A DNA stretch of 56,031 nucleotides from Candidatus Magasanikiibacteriota bacterium. Its GTDB lineage: Bacteria; Patescibacteriota; Patescibacteriia; Magasanikbacterales; UBA922. The notes beneath the pieces were generated by a model. That model did not search any database. It was not told the origin of the DNA and worked only from the letters and a program-made list of their open reading frames with translations. Location of the stretch: contig JABIGQ010000039.1 in the NCBI GenBank assembly GCA_018650085.1, positions 1 to 56,031 on the forward strand, given 5' to 3'. Shown piece by piece: positions 36,852-46,294 of the stretch. Every line of letters begins with the position of its first letter. Position 1 is the stretch's first letter. Position numbers and translations under genes: made by a program.

Positions 36852-38474
36852 TTATGTGGTACTATTTTTTTTATGTTTATCTAGCTCTTGGTGAATTATT
36901 GCTGGGATACGATTTTCTAACAAAATAACAGAATTGGTATCTTTCTGATCTTTTATATACGCAAGCAATGCTTCTGGATCTGTTTTTTCTAACACAGTTG
37001 TCTTATATTTTTCTACGACTCCCTGTGTAAGAGATTCTATAAAATCATCTGTAATAATAACTAATTCATCTGTAACAAATGCAATCTCTCCACCAATTTG
37101 TGCATGAAGTTCATCACTCTTTGCCCCCAATTCTAACATTCCACGTGTCACCACTATACGCCTTTTTTTCGTAGGATAACTTGCTAAAACATCCAATGCG
37201 GCTCTAAATCCATGCGGGTTAGAATTATAACTATCATCAATAATCGTTGTCTTCCCATATGAATATGTATGAATTGCCGTCTTTGGGTCACGAAGATCAT
37301 TTGTAGCATCTACCATTTCTTTTTTTGTCATTCCCACACAATCTGCAGCTAAAAGACATGGAGCAATATTTAGCGCATTGTGTCTCCCAGTAATCTTTGG
37401 ATAAAAATCTATCAATTCTCTTTTCCCAGTTTTTAATTTTATATCCACAGATAAAATCTCATGTTCTCTGTGTTTTATATCTCTTATAACACATGTAGGA
37501 TTATGTGTAGTTTCTATACCAAATGTCATTACTTTTGCTTCTAGCTCATCTATATATTCCATACAATATGGGTTGTCTGCATTTGTGATCGCTACTCCTG
37601 ATTTTGGAATTGCGCGCAGTAATTCATATTTTGCATCTTGGATATTTTTCATAGAACCAAATAAACTAAGATGCTGTTCATTTATAGCAGTAAGTATTCC
37701 AATAGTTGGGTGAACAATATCACAAATTAACTGTACATCCCCCTTATTATATGCCCCAATTTCTACAATAAATATATCTGCTTCTGAAAAATCAGTCTCT
37801 AAAATAAAACGAGAAATACCAATATCACTATTAATATTTCTTGGTGTTTTTATGACACGAAATTTTTTACTCACTATATGTGATAAAAATTCTTTTACAG
37901 TCGTTTTTCCATAACTTCCAGTAATACCAATAACTGTAAGATTTTTATATTTTTTTAATTTCTTTTCTGCACGGATGAAATACCATTTTTTTAATGTGTC
38001 TGTCATTTTATTTATTCCAATCACAAAAATACTTACTACGATTGGACGTAACACTAAAGCAAATAAAAGAATTGCCCAATAACGGGTATATATTAATAAT
38101 AATGCCTCTACAGATAAACTAAGTAGTACAATAAGCATTGCCTTTATGCTAGATTGTGGTCTTCGCAAGCGTTTATGCAAATACAAATATCCTATCCGAA
38201 CTATATCTGCAAGAAATAAAAAAACTATAATTTCTTTTAATAATTTTATATTATGTATAGGGAAAAATGATATTAATAGTACCAGAAGTGTACGCCAAAA
38301 AATAGGATAAGAAAATATATATTGCTTCCCCTGTATGGTAGATAAAAAATCTTTAAATCTATCTATGCGATACCATTTTAATTGCCAGTAGTATGTATGC
38401 CCCCCTATATCAATACTTGCGGTAATAAACCACAAAAGTGCGATGATAATATTAAATAGAGAAGGATAATACAT
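36852..38474 (-). CDS. murF: UDP-MurNAc-tripeptide--D-Ala-D-Ala ligase with N-terminal TM region
   Basis: GITGSYGKTTVKE, VEIGAY, EQHL..FG, IIDDSYNSNP.G, GMLELG. Confidence 0.88.
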   Translation of the reverse strand: MYYPSLFNIIIALLWFITASIDIGGHTYYWQLKWYRIDRFKDFLSTIQGKQYIFSYPIFWRTLLVLLISFFPIHNIKLLKEIIVFLFLADIVRIGYLYLHKRLRRPQSSIKAMLIVLLSLSVEALLLIYTRYWAILLFALVLRPIVVSIFVIGINKMTDTLKKWYFIRAEKKLKKYKNLTVIGITGSYGKTTVKEFLSHIVSKKFRVIKTPRNINSDIGISRFILETDFSEADIFIVEIGAYNKGDVQLICDIVHPTIGILTAINEQHLSLFGSMKNIQDAKYELLRAIPKSGVAITNADNPYCMEYIDELEAKVMTFGIETTHNPTCVIRDIKHREHEILSVDIKLKTGKRELIDFYPKITGRHNALNIAPCLLAADCVGMTKKEMVDATNDLRDPKTAIHTYSYGKTTIIDDSYNSNPHGFRAALDVLASYPTKKRRIVVTRGMLELGAKSDELHAQIGGEIAFVTDELVIITDDFIESLTQGVVEKYKTTVLEKTDPEALLAYIKDQKDTNSVILLENRIPAIIHQELDKHKKNSTT

Positions 38475-38480
38475 AGAATT

Positions 38481-39206
38481 TTATGATAGAAAAAGAGAAA
38501 GTTGTTTAATCATTTCATTTATAGAAGTGCGGTGAAGGCCGTGTGTGCCATTTGGAATAATAACAAGAGAACTATTTGGAAGTGCTTCATTAATTTTTTT
38601 CCCATATTTCAACGGGACATATCCATCTTTTTCTCCCCAAAGTACCAGTGTTTTATTATCTATATTTGGTAAAAAATCTGAAACATCTGTAGCAAGCACT
38701 TTTCTAAAAATATCTCGTTGCACCCCAGATGTTTTACTATAGTCTGGTGATTGCGCAGCTTTATATAATATCTTTTTTGCCAATGGCTCTAATGTATTTA
38801 AGATAGGTAATTTCATACAAACTTTCCCTACTTTTGCGAGCGTCCCAAATATTATTTTTTTCACTGGGCGTTTTATACGAAATACTGCAGCACCACTTAA
38901 TACTAGTTTATCACAAATTGTACTATCTTTTCCAATCATAACAGTAGCAACTTGTCCCCCAAAGCTATGGCCCAAGATAATACGAGGATGTTTTTTTTCT
39001 AGTGTTTCTATTTTTTTTCTAGCAAACTCTGCATATTCCTCTACTCCCCACACATCACTTGGGCATGGTTCATTACCAAAACAAGGCAAATCTATAACAA
39101 GAACATCTGCAAAAGATTGTCCTGCTTTTTCTATAAATTTTCCCCACGTTTTATGAGAACCACCCCACCCAGGTAAAATAATTAATTGTATAGGAAGTTT
39201 TTTCAT
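38481..39206 (-). CDS. Alpha/beta hydrolase
   Basis: LPGWGG, DLPCFG, GHSFGG nucleophile elbow, WGEKD, GTH. Confidence 0.9.
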   Translation of the reverse strand: MKKLPIQLIILPGWGGSHKTWGKFIEKAGQSFADVLVIDLPCFGNEPCPSDVWGVEEYAEFARKKIETLEKKHPRIILGHSFGGQVATVMIGKDSTICDKLVLSGAAVFRIKRPVKKIIFGTLAKVGKVCMKLPILNTLEPLAKKILYKAAQSPDYSKTSGVQRDIFRKVLATDVSDFLPNIDNKTLVLWGEKDGYVPLKYGKKINEALPNSSLVIIPNGTHGLHRTSINEMIKQLSLFLS

Positions 39207-39208
39207 AT

Positions 39209-40465
39209 TTAAAGTGTTGTTTTTCCCCCCATATATGATTGTAATACTTTTGGAATAGTAATGCTTCCATCTTCATTTTGATTATTTTCCACTATTGCCA
39301 GAGGAAAACGAGAAAGTACTATTGCCGTACCATTGAGCGTATGCACAAATGCATTTTTCCCATTCTCATCTTTATATTTAATATTCATTCTTCTCGCTTG
39401 ATAATCTAGACAATGACTTGCACTTGTTATCTCTCCAAATTCTCCCTGCTTCTCATCGTCCCCCTTCATAGTCATATACGCTTCTATATCATATTTACGG
39501 TACGCAGGAGCGCCCAAATCGCCCGTAGGAATGTCTATAACACGATATGGGATATCTAGTCCATAACAGATTTCTTTTTCAATAGAGAGCAATTCTTCAT
39601 GCAATGCATCACTTTCTCCGGGAGTACAAAAAATAAACATCTCAAGCTTTGCAAACTGATGAACACGATAAAGTCCTTTACTCGTTCTCCCATATGCACC
39701 TGCTTCTTTTCTAAAACAATGAGAAAGTGCTATATATTTTTTTGGCCCTTCTGACAAATCCATTACTTCATCTGCATGATACCCAAGTGTAGTAATTTCT
39801 GCTGTTCCTATGAGTGCCAGATCTGTATTTTCTACCGTGTAAATCTGATCTTCTTCCCCACGTGGATTAAACCCAGCCCCAACGAGTATTTCTTGCTTTG
39901 CGAGATCTGGAGTTTCTATCAGTTCAAACCCATATTTTTCCGCAACGTCAATTCCATAGCTTACCAAGGCTCTATTTAATTTCACTAGATTATTTTTTAA
40001 AAAATAAAATTTAGATCCAGCTACTTTTGCCCCACGTTTAAAATCAAGCATGCCTGCATCTGTAAGCAATTCTTCATGATCTTTTGGTGAAAACTCAAAT
40101 TGTTTTGGTTCTTTATTTGTATACACTACTTTGAAATCTTCTTCCCCACCAATTGGACTATCTTTATGTGTTTTATTTGGGATAGCAAGCAATAACTCTG
40201 TATATGTTTTTGTTACTTCTGCTAACTGTTCTTCTAATTCTTTTATTTCATCTCCTACTTTTCTCATGTTCAAAATTTCTTCTGCAGTAGGTTTTCCTTT
40301 TGACTTTTTATTTCTTGTAGCACGAAGAGCATCTATTTTCGTTCCTATTTCTCGTTTTTGTTTATCTAAATCTAAAAGTAAATCAACATCTACTTTCATA
40401 AATCGATTTTTGATATTTGCCTTTACTTCTTCTACGTTTTCACGTATGTATTTTATGTCTAACAT
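39209..40465 (-). CDS. serS: Serine--tRNA ligase
   Basis: MLDIKYIR, LIGTAE, CFRKEAG, GLYRVHQF, YDIEA, HTLNGT. Confidence 0.97.
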   Translation of the reverse strand: MLDIKYIRENVEEVKANIKNRFMKVDVDLLLDLDKQKREIGTKIDALRATRNKKSKGKPTAEEILNMRKVGDEIKELEEQLAEVTKTYTELLLAIPNKTHKDSPIGGEEDFKVVYTNKEPKQFEFSPKDHEELLTDAGMLDFKRGAKVAGSKFYFLKNNLVKLNRALVSYGIDVAEKYGFELIETPDLAKQEILVGAGFNPRGEEDQIYTVENTDLALIGTAEITTLGYHADEVMDLSEGPKKYIALSHCFRKEAGAYGRTSKGLYRVHQFAKLEMFIFCTPGESDALHEELLSIEKEICYGLDIPYRVIDIPTGDLGAPAYRKYDIEAYMTMKGDDEKQGEFGEITSASHCLDYQARRMNIKYKDENGKNAFVHTLNGTAIVLSRFPLAIVENNQNEDGSITIPKVLQSYMGGKTTL

Positions 40466-40511
40466 ATTTTATAATTATAAATTGTAAATGATAAATTATT
40501 ATCAGCTAACT

Positions 40512-41555
40512 TTACATCCCCCCAATATATTCAAGCACTTCTGGAAGAATCTTCTCATACATTCCTGCATTATTTCCTACTAACTCATAATCAAGCACTT
40601 TTTCTGGAAGTACCCAATTTGTTTCCAATACTTCTTCATCATTAACAACTCCATCTCCACCAGTAACACGGCAAATATGTGGAAGTATAAATATTTGTAC
40701 ACGCCACAAATCACCTTTCCCAGTACGATGCTGAAGATCTATGAGAGAACATCGTTTTATTACTTTTACTTCATATCCACTCTCTTCTCTCACTTCACGT
40801 ACTACATTTTCTTCGATTGATTCTCCCCAGTCTACTCCACCACCTGGAAATTCCCATTTTTCATGAAATTCTGGATTATATGGATCATTTCTTTTATTCA
40901 ATAAAATTTCACCCTTATCATTTACAAGTACGCCTATTGGCACTATCCATTGTCTTGGTGAATATTGCTTTATTAGATAATATTTTGCTTGTGAGAGTGC
41001 TTTTCCTCTATGACTACAGGCGTTTTTTTCTGCTTTTTTCATTTCCGAAAATCGTCTTCCACTTTTTAATTCAGTAAAAATTGGATCATACCCAAATCCT
41101 CCTTTAATTTCCTTATGGATTTCTTCTTCGATTCGTCCTTCTGTATTACCAAAAGAAATAAAAGTATTCCCCGTCTCTGGATGATATATTGCTATAGCTG
41201 CCCGGAAACATGCTTGTCTCTCATTTCCTTCCAGTTCTTTCATTTTTTTTAATAAATAATCATTTCTTTCTTCCACAGTATTGCCACTCCTAGCACTATG
41301 TATTCCGGGAAATCCATCTAGTGCATGTACAAAAAGTCCACTATCGTCTGCCAGTGAAAGCATGCCTGTTTGCTTTGCGTAATATTTTGCTTTTAACACA
41401 GCATTTTCTTCTATAGTGGCTCCCGACTCTTCTGGTGCTTTTATTTCTTTTTCTATATCATCCAATGATAAAAACTCAATAAATCCCAAATCACCAAAAT
41501 AACTTTTTATCTCAGCAAACTTTCCTTTATTTGTGGTAGCAATGAGTAATTTCAT
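40512..41555 (-). CDS. rdgB: RdgB/HAM1 non-canonical purine NTP pyrophosphatase fused to a NUDIX hydrolase
   Basis: ATTNKGK, ENAVLKA, ADDSGL, GFGYDPIF, SHRGKA; then WEFPGGGVDWGESIEENVVREVREESG Nudix box. Confidence 0.9.
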   Translation of the reverse strand: MKLLIATTNKGKFAEIKSYFGDLGFIEFLSLDDIEKEIKAPEESGATIEENAVLKAKYYAKQTGMLSLADDSGLFVHALDGFPGIHSARSGNTVEERNDYLLKKMKELEGNERQACFRAAIAIYHPETGNTFISFGNTEGRIEEEIHKEIKGGFGYDPIFTELKSGRRFSEMKKAEKNACSHRGKALSQAKYYLIKQYSPRQWIVPIGVLVNDKGEILLNKRNDPYNPEFHEKWEFPGGGVDWGESIEENVVREVREESGYEVKVIKRCSLIDLQHRTGKGDLWRVQIFILPHICRVTGGDGVVNDEEVLETNWVLPEKVLDYELVGNNAGMYEKILPEVLEYIGGM

Positions 41556-41558
41556 ATA

Positions 41559-41987
41559 TTATATAAAACGCTCTAAATATTTTTTTATTTTTCTTCCTTT
41601 AAACTTATCCGATTTATAGGAAACTAATCGCACTATTTGAATAGATAAGCCCATATCGGTAATCGCATCTGCCAGTTTATCTACATATACCTTCTGATCA
41701 TATCCCAATGCTATAATATTTGGTTTTATTTCTCCTATGATTTTATACGGATCATGCAGATATCCCATTCTCACCTCATCAATAACAGATATATAAGTAA
41801 GAAATTTCACACGTTCCTGCTCTGTATGTAATGGATCATTTCCTTTTATTTTTTCAACATTGCTATCTCTTCCTACACAAACAGTAAGATGATGCGCATA
41901 TTCTTTTGCTTGTTCAAACATATGAATATGTCCAGCATGCACAATATCAAATGTCCCAAATACCAATACCTTAGCTTTCTTTTTCAT
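41559..41987 (-). CDS. Cytidylyltransferase-like protein (FAD synthase RibL-like)
   Basis: FGTFDIVHAGH (HxGH), GRD, ALGYDQ. Confidence 0.85.
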   Translation of the reverse strand: MKKKAKVLVFGTFDIVHAGHIHMFEQAKEYAHHLTVCVGRDSNVEKIKGNDPLHTEQERVKFLTYISVIDEVRMGYLHDPYKIIGEIKPNIIALGYDQKVYVDKLADAITDMGLSIQIVRLVSYKSDKFKGRKIKKYLERFI

Positions 41988-43464
41988 CTTGTTTATCTTT
42001 ATCTTCTATAATCTCTGGTTTCATGAGTGGAAATAAAGTTGCTTCTCGAATTGGTTTATTCACGAGAAATGCAAATAACCTTTCACCAAATCCAAACCCA
42101 CATGTAGGAGGCATGCCATGTTCTAGCATTTCTACAAATTCCATGTCAGGCATCATTGCCTCATCATCCCCACGTTCTATGAGTTCTTGTTGTAACTCAA
42201 ATCTTTTTCTCTGATCAATTGGATCATTTAACTCTGAATATCCATTTCCTACTTCAGAACCCGCAATAATTGGTTGGAAACGTTCTGTTAATTCTGGATT
42301 ATCTACTCTCGCCTTTGATAACGGAGAAATTAATTTTGGATGATTGATAAGAAATACTGGACCTGCTATATTTTTTCTACAATATTTCCAAAGCGTATCT
42401 GTAAGCCGTTCTTTATTTTCTCCCTCATATTTTACAGAAAGTTCTTTTAATTTATTCTTCATTTCTTCTTCTGAAGCAGATAATACATTTATACCTGTCT
42501 GACGTTCCACTTCTTCTACATAGTCAATAGTTCCCCAATCTCCAGAAAGATCAAATTCAAGTCCTTTATGAGTAAATTTCGTGGTACCAAATACTTCTGT
42601 AGCAATGCGTTGATATAATTCTTGTGTAAGTTTCATACCGTCTTCATAATTTGCATATGCCCAATAAAATTCCATATTGGTAAATTCCTGCAAATGATCT
42701 GGACTCGATCCCTCATTTCTAAATACTTTTCCAATTTCAAATGTTTTTTCATACCCAGCAGCCATTAATCTTTTCTGCCAAAGCTCTCCTACAGAAATAC
42801 GAAGATACACATCTAGATCAAAATCATTGTGATGTGTAGCAAACGGGCTAGCTTCTGCGCCACCTGTAGTAGTTTCCAAATATGGTGTTTCTACTTCAAA
42901 AAATCCTTTATCTTTCATGAAGTTTCTCGTCACGTCCCAGAACTTTGCTTTTTTTCTAAACAATTCCCGCGTATCTTCATTCATGAGAATATCAAGATAA
43001 CGTTTCCTCATTCTTAATTCTTCATTTTGAAGTCCATGAAATTTATCTGGAAGTGGTAGAAGTGATTTTGTAAGCAACTGCCACTCTGAAACCAATACTG
43101 ATTCTTCTCCTTTATGCGTGATAAATTTTTCACCACTCACTACAATAATATCTCCTATATCTAATTTTTTTGTAAAAAGTTTATAATTGTCTTTTCCTAA
43201 ATCATCTTGTTTTAGCGCAATTTGCATACGTCCAGAAGCATCTTGAAGATGAGCAAATGTTAATTTCCCCATATCTCGTTTCATCATTATTCGCCCAGCA
43301 ATTCTAAATTTCTCTCCTTCTTTCCCGTCTAATACTGCTTGAATAGCTTGTTTTTCCCCTGTTTTAGCAGGATAAAGCACTACTCCAGCTTCTTTTAGGT
43401 CAGCGAGTTTACTTATACGAACTTCTCGTTCATCATTGATATTTATCTCAGGTATATTTGTCAT
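41971..43464 (-). CDS. lysS: Lysine--tRNA ligase (class II)
   Basis: AGRIM..R.MGK, LPDKFHGL, EVETP, GGAEA.PF, FRNEG, EFTNMEFY, NGYSELNDP. Confidence 0.97.
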   Translation of the reverse strand: MTNIPEININDEREVRISKLADLKEAGVVLYPAKTGEKQAIQAVLDGKEGEKFRIAGRIMMKRDMGKLTFAHLQDASGRMQIALKQDDLGKDNYKLFTKKLDIGDIIVVSGEKFITHKGEESVLVSEWQLLTKSLLPLPDKFHGLQNEELRMRKRYLDILMNEDTRELFRKKAKFWDVTRNFMKDKGFFEVETPYLETTTGGAEASPFATHHNDFDLDVYLRISVGELWQKRLMAAGYEKTFEIGKVFRNEGSSPDHLQEFTNMEFYWAYANYEDGMKLTQELYQRIATEVFGTTKFTHKGLEFDLSGDWGTIDYVEEVERQTGINVLSASEEEMKNKLKELSVKYEGENKERLTDTLWKYCRKNIAGPVFLINHPKLISPLSKARVDNPELTERFQPIIAGSEVGNGYSELNDPIDQRKRFELQQELIERGDDEAMMPDMEFVEMLEHGMPPTCGFGFGERLFAFLVNKPIREATLFPLMKPEIIEDKDKQDEKES

Positions 43465-43516
43465 ATTTTTAGCTTATTTTACGCAATGTATGGTACCAAA
43501 AATATGATGAAAATGC

Positions 43517-43546
43517 AAATACCCCCAATAGATATTGAGGGTATTT
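43517..43546 (-). terminator. Hairpin downstream of greA
   Basis: Minus strand AAATACCCTCAATA-tc-TATTGGGGGTATTT-gcatttt. Confidence 0.6.
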
Positions 43547-43564
43547 CATTTGATTAAATATGAT

Positions 43565-44026
43565 CTATTTAATCTCTAAAATAGTATAAGACATCACTCC
43601 AGCAGGGACTTCTACATCTACGCTATCTCCTTTTTTCTTTCCTAAAAATGCTTCCCCTAGTGGAGACTCATTTGAAATCTTTCCAGCAAGCGGATCCGCC
43701 TCTTGCGCCCCTACTATACTATATTCTTTTTCTTTTTCGTTTACTTCTACTAAAATAGTATTCCCTATCTGCACAGTATCTGTATCTACTTGAGATGCAT
43801 CTATGATTTCTGCGTTTTCTAATATATGGTCTATTTCAATTAAACGACTTTTTGCCCAAGACATTTCATCTCTCGCTGCATGATATTCTGCATTTTCAGA
43901 CAAATCTCCCATTTCTCGTGCCTCATCTATACGAGTCGCAATATCTGGCATTTTTTCTTTTTTTATTTTTGTATATTCTTTTTTTAATAATTCTAATTTT
44001 TCTGGTGTAATGTATTGTGTTGTCAT
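43565..44026 (-). CDS. greA: Transcription elongation factor GreA
   Basis: GDLSENAEYHAAR, EADP..GKISNESPLG. Confidence 0.97.
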   Translation of the reverse strand: MTTQYITPEKLELLKKEYTKIKKEKMPDIATRIDEAREMGDLSENAEYHAARDEMSWAKSRLIEIDHILENAEIIDASQVDTDTVQIGNTILVEVNEKEKEYSIVGAQEADPLAGKISNESPLGEAFLGKKKGDSVDVEVPAGVMSYTILEIK

Positions 44027-44101
44027 ATGTGTGTGTTATAAAACAAAAGATATCGACTATGAGCCGAATAAAATATATCCGCTTCACACGGATATATTTA
44101 T

Positions 44102-44129
44102 AGTATAACAGGTTTTGAAATTGTGTCAA
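44102..44129 (-). promoter_or_regulatory. greA promoter TTGACA-16-TATACT (TG-extended)
   Basis: Reverse complement ttgaca caatttcaaaacctgt tatact. Confidence 0.7.
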
Positions 44130-44152
44130 ATATTAATTAATATTTTTATATA

Positions 44153-44216
44153 TTGACAGTCCACCACATATTTAGTATTATATCTACTTGCACAAAACGT
44201 TCTTTACAACAGGAGG
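44153..44216 (+). promoter_or_regulatory. Promoter TTGACA-17-TATTAT, boxA-like element and SD of the accessory operon
   Basis: -35 at 44153-58, -10 at 44176-81, CGTTCTTTACAAC at 44198-210, AGGAGG at 44211-16. Confidence 0.7.
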
Positions 44217-44223
44217 ATAAACG

Positions 44224-45141
44224 TTGTCATACGAAGATACTCGAGAGTTTTTAATCAATCATCAAGAAAAGATACTTGATGATTTTCTAGATGGACAGTG
44301 GTGTAAAATGACCACAGGCTTTAGCCAATCTGCTTATACAGATTCACTACGTCAGGCTGACTATTTATTGCGTTACTATGGAATGTATTTTACATCTTAT
44401 TATGCAACATATAGAAGATTCTTAAGAAAGTATGAAGCAATATTTTCTCAGAAACGCCTGCATATCCTATCTATTGGGACAGGATCTGGTATTGATTTTT
44501 TTGCACTTAACCGTGCTATTGAAGATCTTCTCTTAGAAAATAAAATTAAAAGAAGACAACAATATCATTATACAGGAATTGATCCTGTAGCGTGGAATTA
44601 CCAGCCTATATCTACAAAATTTCATTTCAAACAAATAGATATTAAGAAACTTACTCCACAAGATATTGAAAATGTAGATCTCTTTATATTTCCTAGATCT
44701 TTATCCGATATAGAAAGAACAGATCCTTTATCTTTAACTCGTTTAGCACGTTTAGTTTCTAATCACACTAATCGAGATAGACTATTCTTTATAAACTCAT
44801 ATGTTGTACAGAACAGTCTTGATAAAGGGAAAAAAGTATTCGGAGTAAATGCTTTTTGTTCTCTTATAAAATCTTTTACTCAACATGGATGGAGAAATGT
44901 GAATTGCAAACCACAGGATCATTGTGGAATTATTCCAAAATATTCTACTCTTTCAGATCTACCGTTCTATGGTATACCTGATCGACTCACTGATATCCTT
45001 GGAATAAACTTAAAAGATGAATGTAAACACAAAAAACAAGGGGCTTTCTCTTGTAATTTTTGTAAAGAACAACTTTATATTATGAGAAAACTAAACAACA
45101 TAGCTTTCCATATTCATGAACTACAGCGAGATGAAGAATGA
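44224..45141 (+). CDS. Hypothetical class I SAM-dependent methyltransferase-like protein (TTG start)
   Basis: YLLRY..MY, ILSIGTGSGID (motif I-like), YTGID, DLFIFPRSLSD; strong SD. Confidence 0.6.
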   Translation: MSYEDTREFLINHQEKILDDFLDGQWCKMTTGFSQSAYTDSLRQADYLLRYYGMYFTSYYATYRRFLRKYEAIFSQKRLHILSIGTGSGIDFFALNRAIEDLLLENKIKRRQQYHYTGIDPVAWNYQPISTKFHFKQIDIKKLTPQDIENVDLFIFPRSLSDIERTDPLSLTRLARLVSNHTNRDRLFFINSYVVQNSLDKGKKVFGVNAFCSLIKSFTQHGWRNVNCKPQDHCGIIPKYSTLSDLPFYGIPDRLTDILGINLKDECKHKKQGAFSCNFCKEQLYIMRKLNNIAFHIHELQRDEE

Positions 45142-46076
45142 TCATCAGCGCTAGCCGACGAACTGATATCCCTGCATTTTATGCTCCATGGTTTATAAAC
45201 CGAGTTCGTGCGGGATGTTTACTAACTCGAAACCCACGAAATGCAAATCAAGTACGACGAGTTTCTTTATATCCAGAAGACGTAGATGTTATTGTTTTCT
45301 GGACAAGAAATCCTCGCCCGCTCTTTCCTTTTTTGGCAGAGTTGGATTCGTTAGGATATAAGTACTACTTTCAGTACACCTTAACAGGATATCCTAGGAT
45401 ACTTGAACCACATGTACCCCAAACCAATAATGCTATTGAAGCCTTTTGTGATCTCAGTGATTACATTGGGCCTGATCGTATTATCTGGCGTTATGACCCT
45501 ATTCTCCTGTCAAACTATACAGGTCTAGACTATCATATCTCTACATTTCTAAAGCTTGCTACACAACTTGCTGGAAAAACTAGAAAAGTAGTGATTAGTT
45601 TTGCAGACCTTTATGGAAAGACAATTAGAAATCTAGACAAAGTTTCTGGTATCCAATATATGGATATACGTAAAACTCCAGGTCTTTTACATCTACTGTC
45701 AAACATAATCAGAATTGCAAAGTCGTTTGGTATGACCGTGGAAACATGTGCAGAAACATCTGTTTCCTCAAGCCTATCAATGACTAGAGGAAAGTGCATT
45801 GATGATGCACTTATCCAACGCGTATTTGGAATAAACCTCACAGTAAAAAAAGACCGAAGTCAAAGAAAAGCTTGTGGCTGTGTAGAAAGTGTTGATATTG
45901 GGCAATATAATACCTGCCTTCATGGATGCACATACTGCTATGCAACAACAAGCCTAGATGCTGTCCAAAAAAAAAGACAACAGCACAACCCAGATAGTCC
46001 CTTTCTTATTGGGGACTTACGGGAAGGAGAAGAAATGTTTTTATTAACTAAAAAGAAGCAAATGCCTCTCTTATAG
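45138..46076 (+). CDS. DUF1848 family protein (radical-SAM/SPL-like, C-terminal CxxxCxxC)
   Basis: MIISASRRTDIPAFY, IVFWTRNP, WRYDPI, CGCVESVDIGQYNTCLHGCTYCYA. Confidence 0.92.
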   Translation: MIISASRRTDIPAFYAPWFINRVRAGCLLTRNPRNANQVRRVSLYPEDVDVIVFWTRNPRPLFPFLAELDSLGYKYYFQYTLTGYPRILEPHVPQTNNAIEAFCDLSDYIGPDRIIWRYDPILLSNYTGLDYHISTFLKLATQLAGKTRKVVISFADLYGKTIRNLDKVSGIQYMDIRKTPGLLHLLSNIIRIAKSFGMTVETCAETSVSSSLSMTRGKCIDDALIQRVFGINLTVKKDRSQRKACGCVESVDIGQYNTCLHGCTYCYATTSLDAVQKKRQQHNPDSPFLIGDLREGEEMFLLTKKKQMPLL

Positions 46077-46100
46077 TTGATGAGAACCCACTGTTCATTT

Positions 46101-46167
46101 TAAGATAGGGGTTCATCCCCTATCTTACCGCCACGTCATCCCTAGCGCAGTTGCCTAGGGATTTTTT
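46101..46167 (+). terminator. Tandem hairpins / terminator between convergent units
   Basis: TAAGATAGGGG-ttcat-CCCCTATCTTA, then ATCCCTAG...CTAGGGAT followed by a T run. Confidence 0.75.
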
Positions 46168-46294
46168 ATTATAAAGCACAATACTAATTGGGATCATCCA
46201 AATAATGTATATAGCTATTCCTATGTATAACTGCATAAAATAATATTAATAAAACATATTAAAGCACTATGGAGCCAGCTGGCAAATCCTATTT

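Noticed and set aside
43465..43516. TGGTACC upstream of lysS as another T-box
   Set aside because: No antiterminator helices or downstream terminator; fits a TG-extended -10 (TACCAT) with TTGCAT as -35. The serS upstream gap is also too short for a T-box
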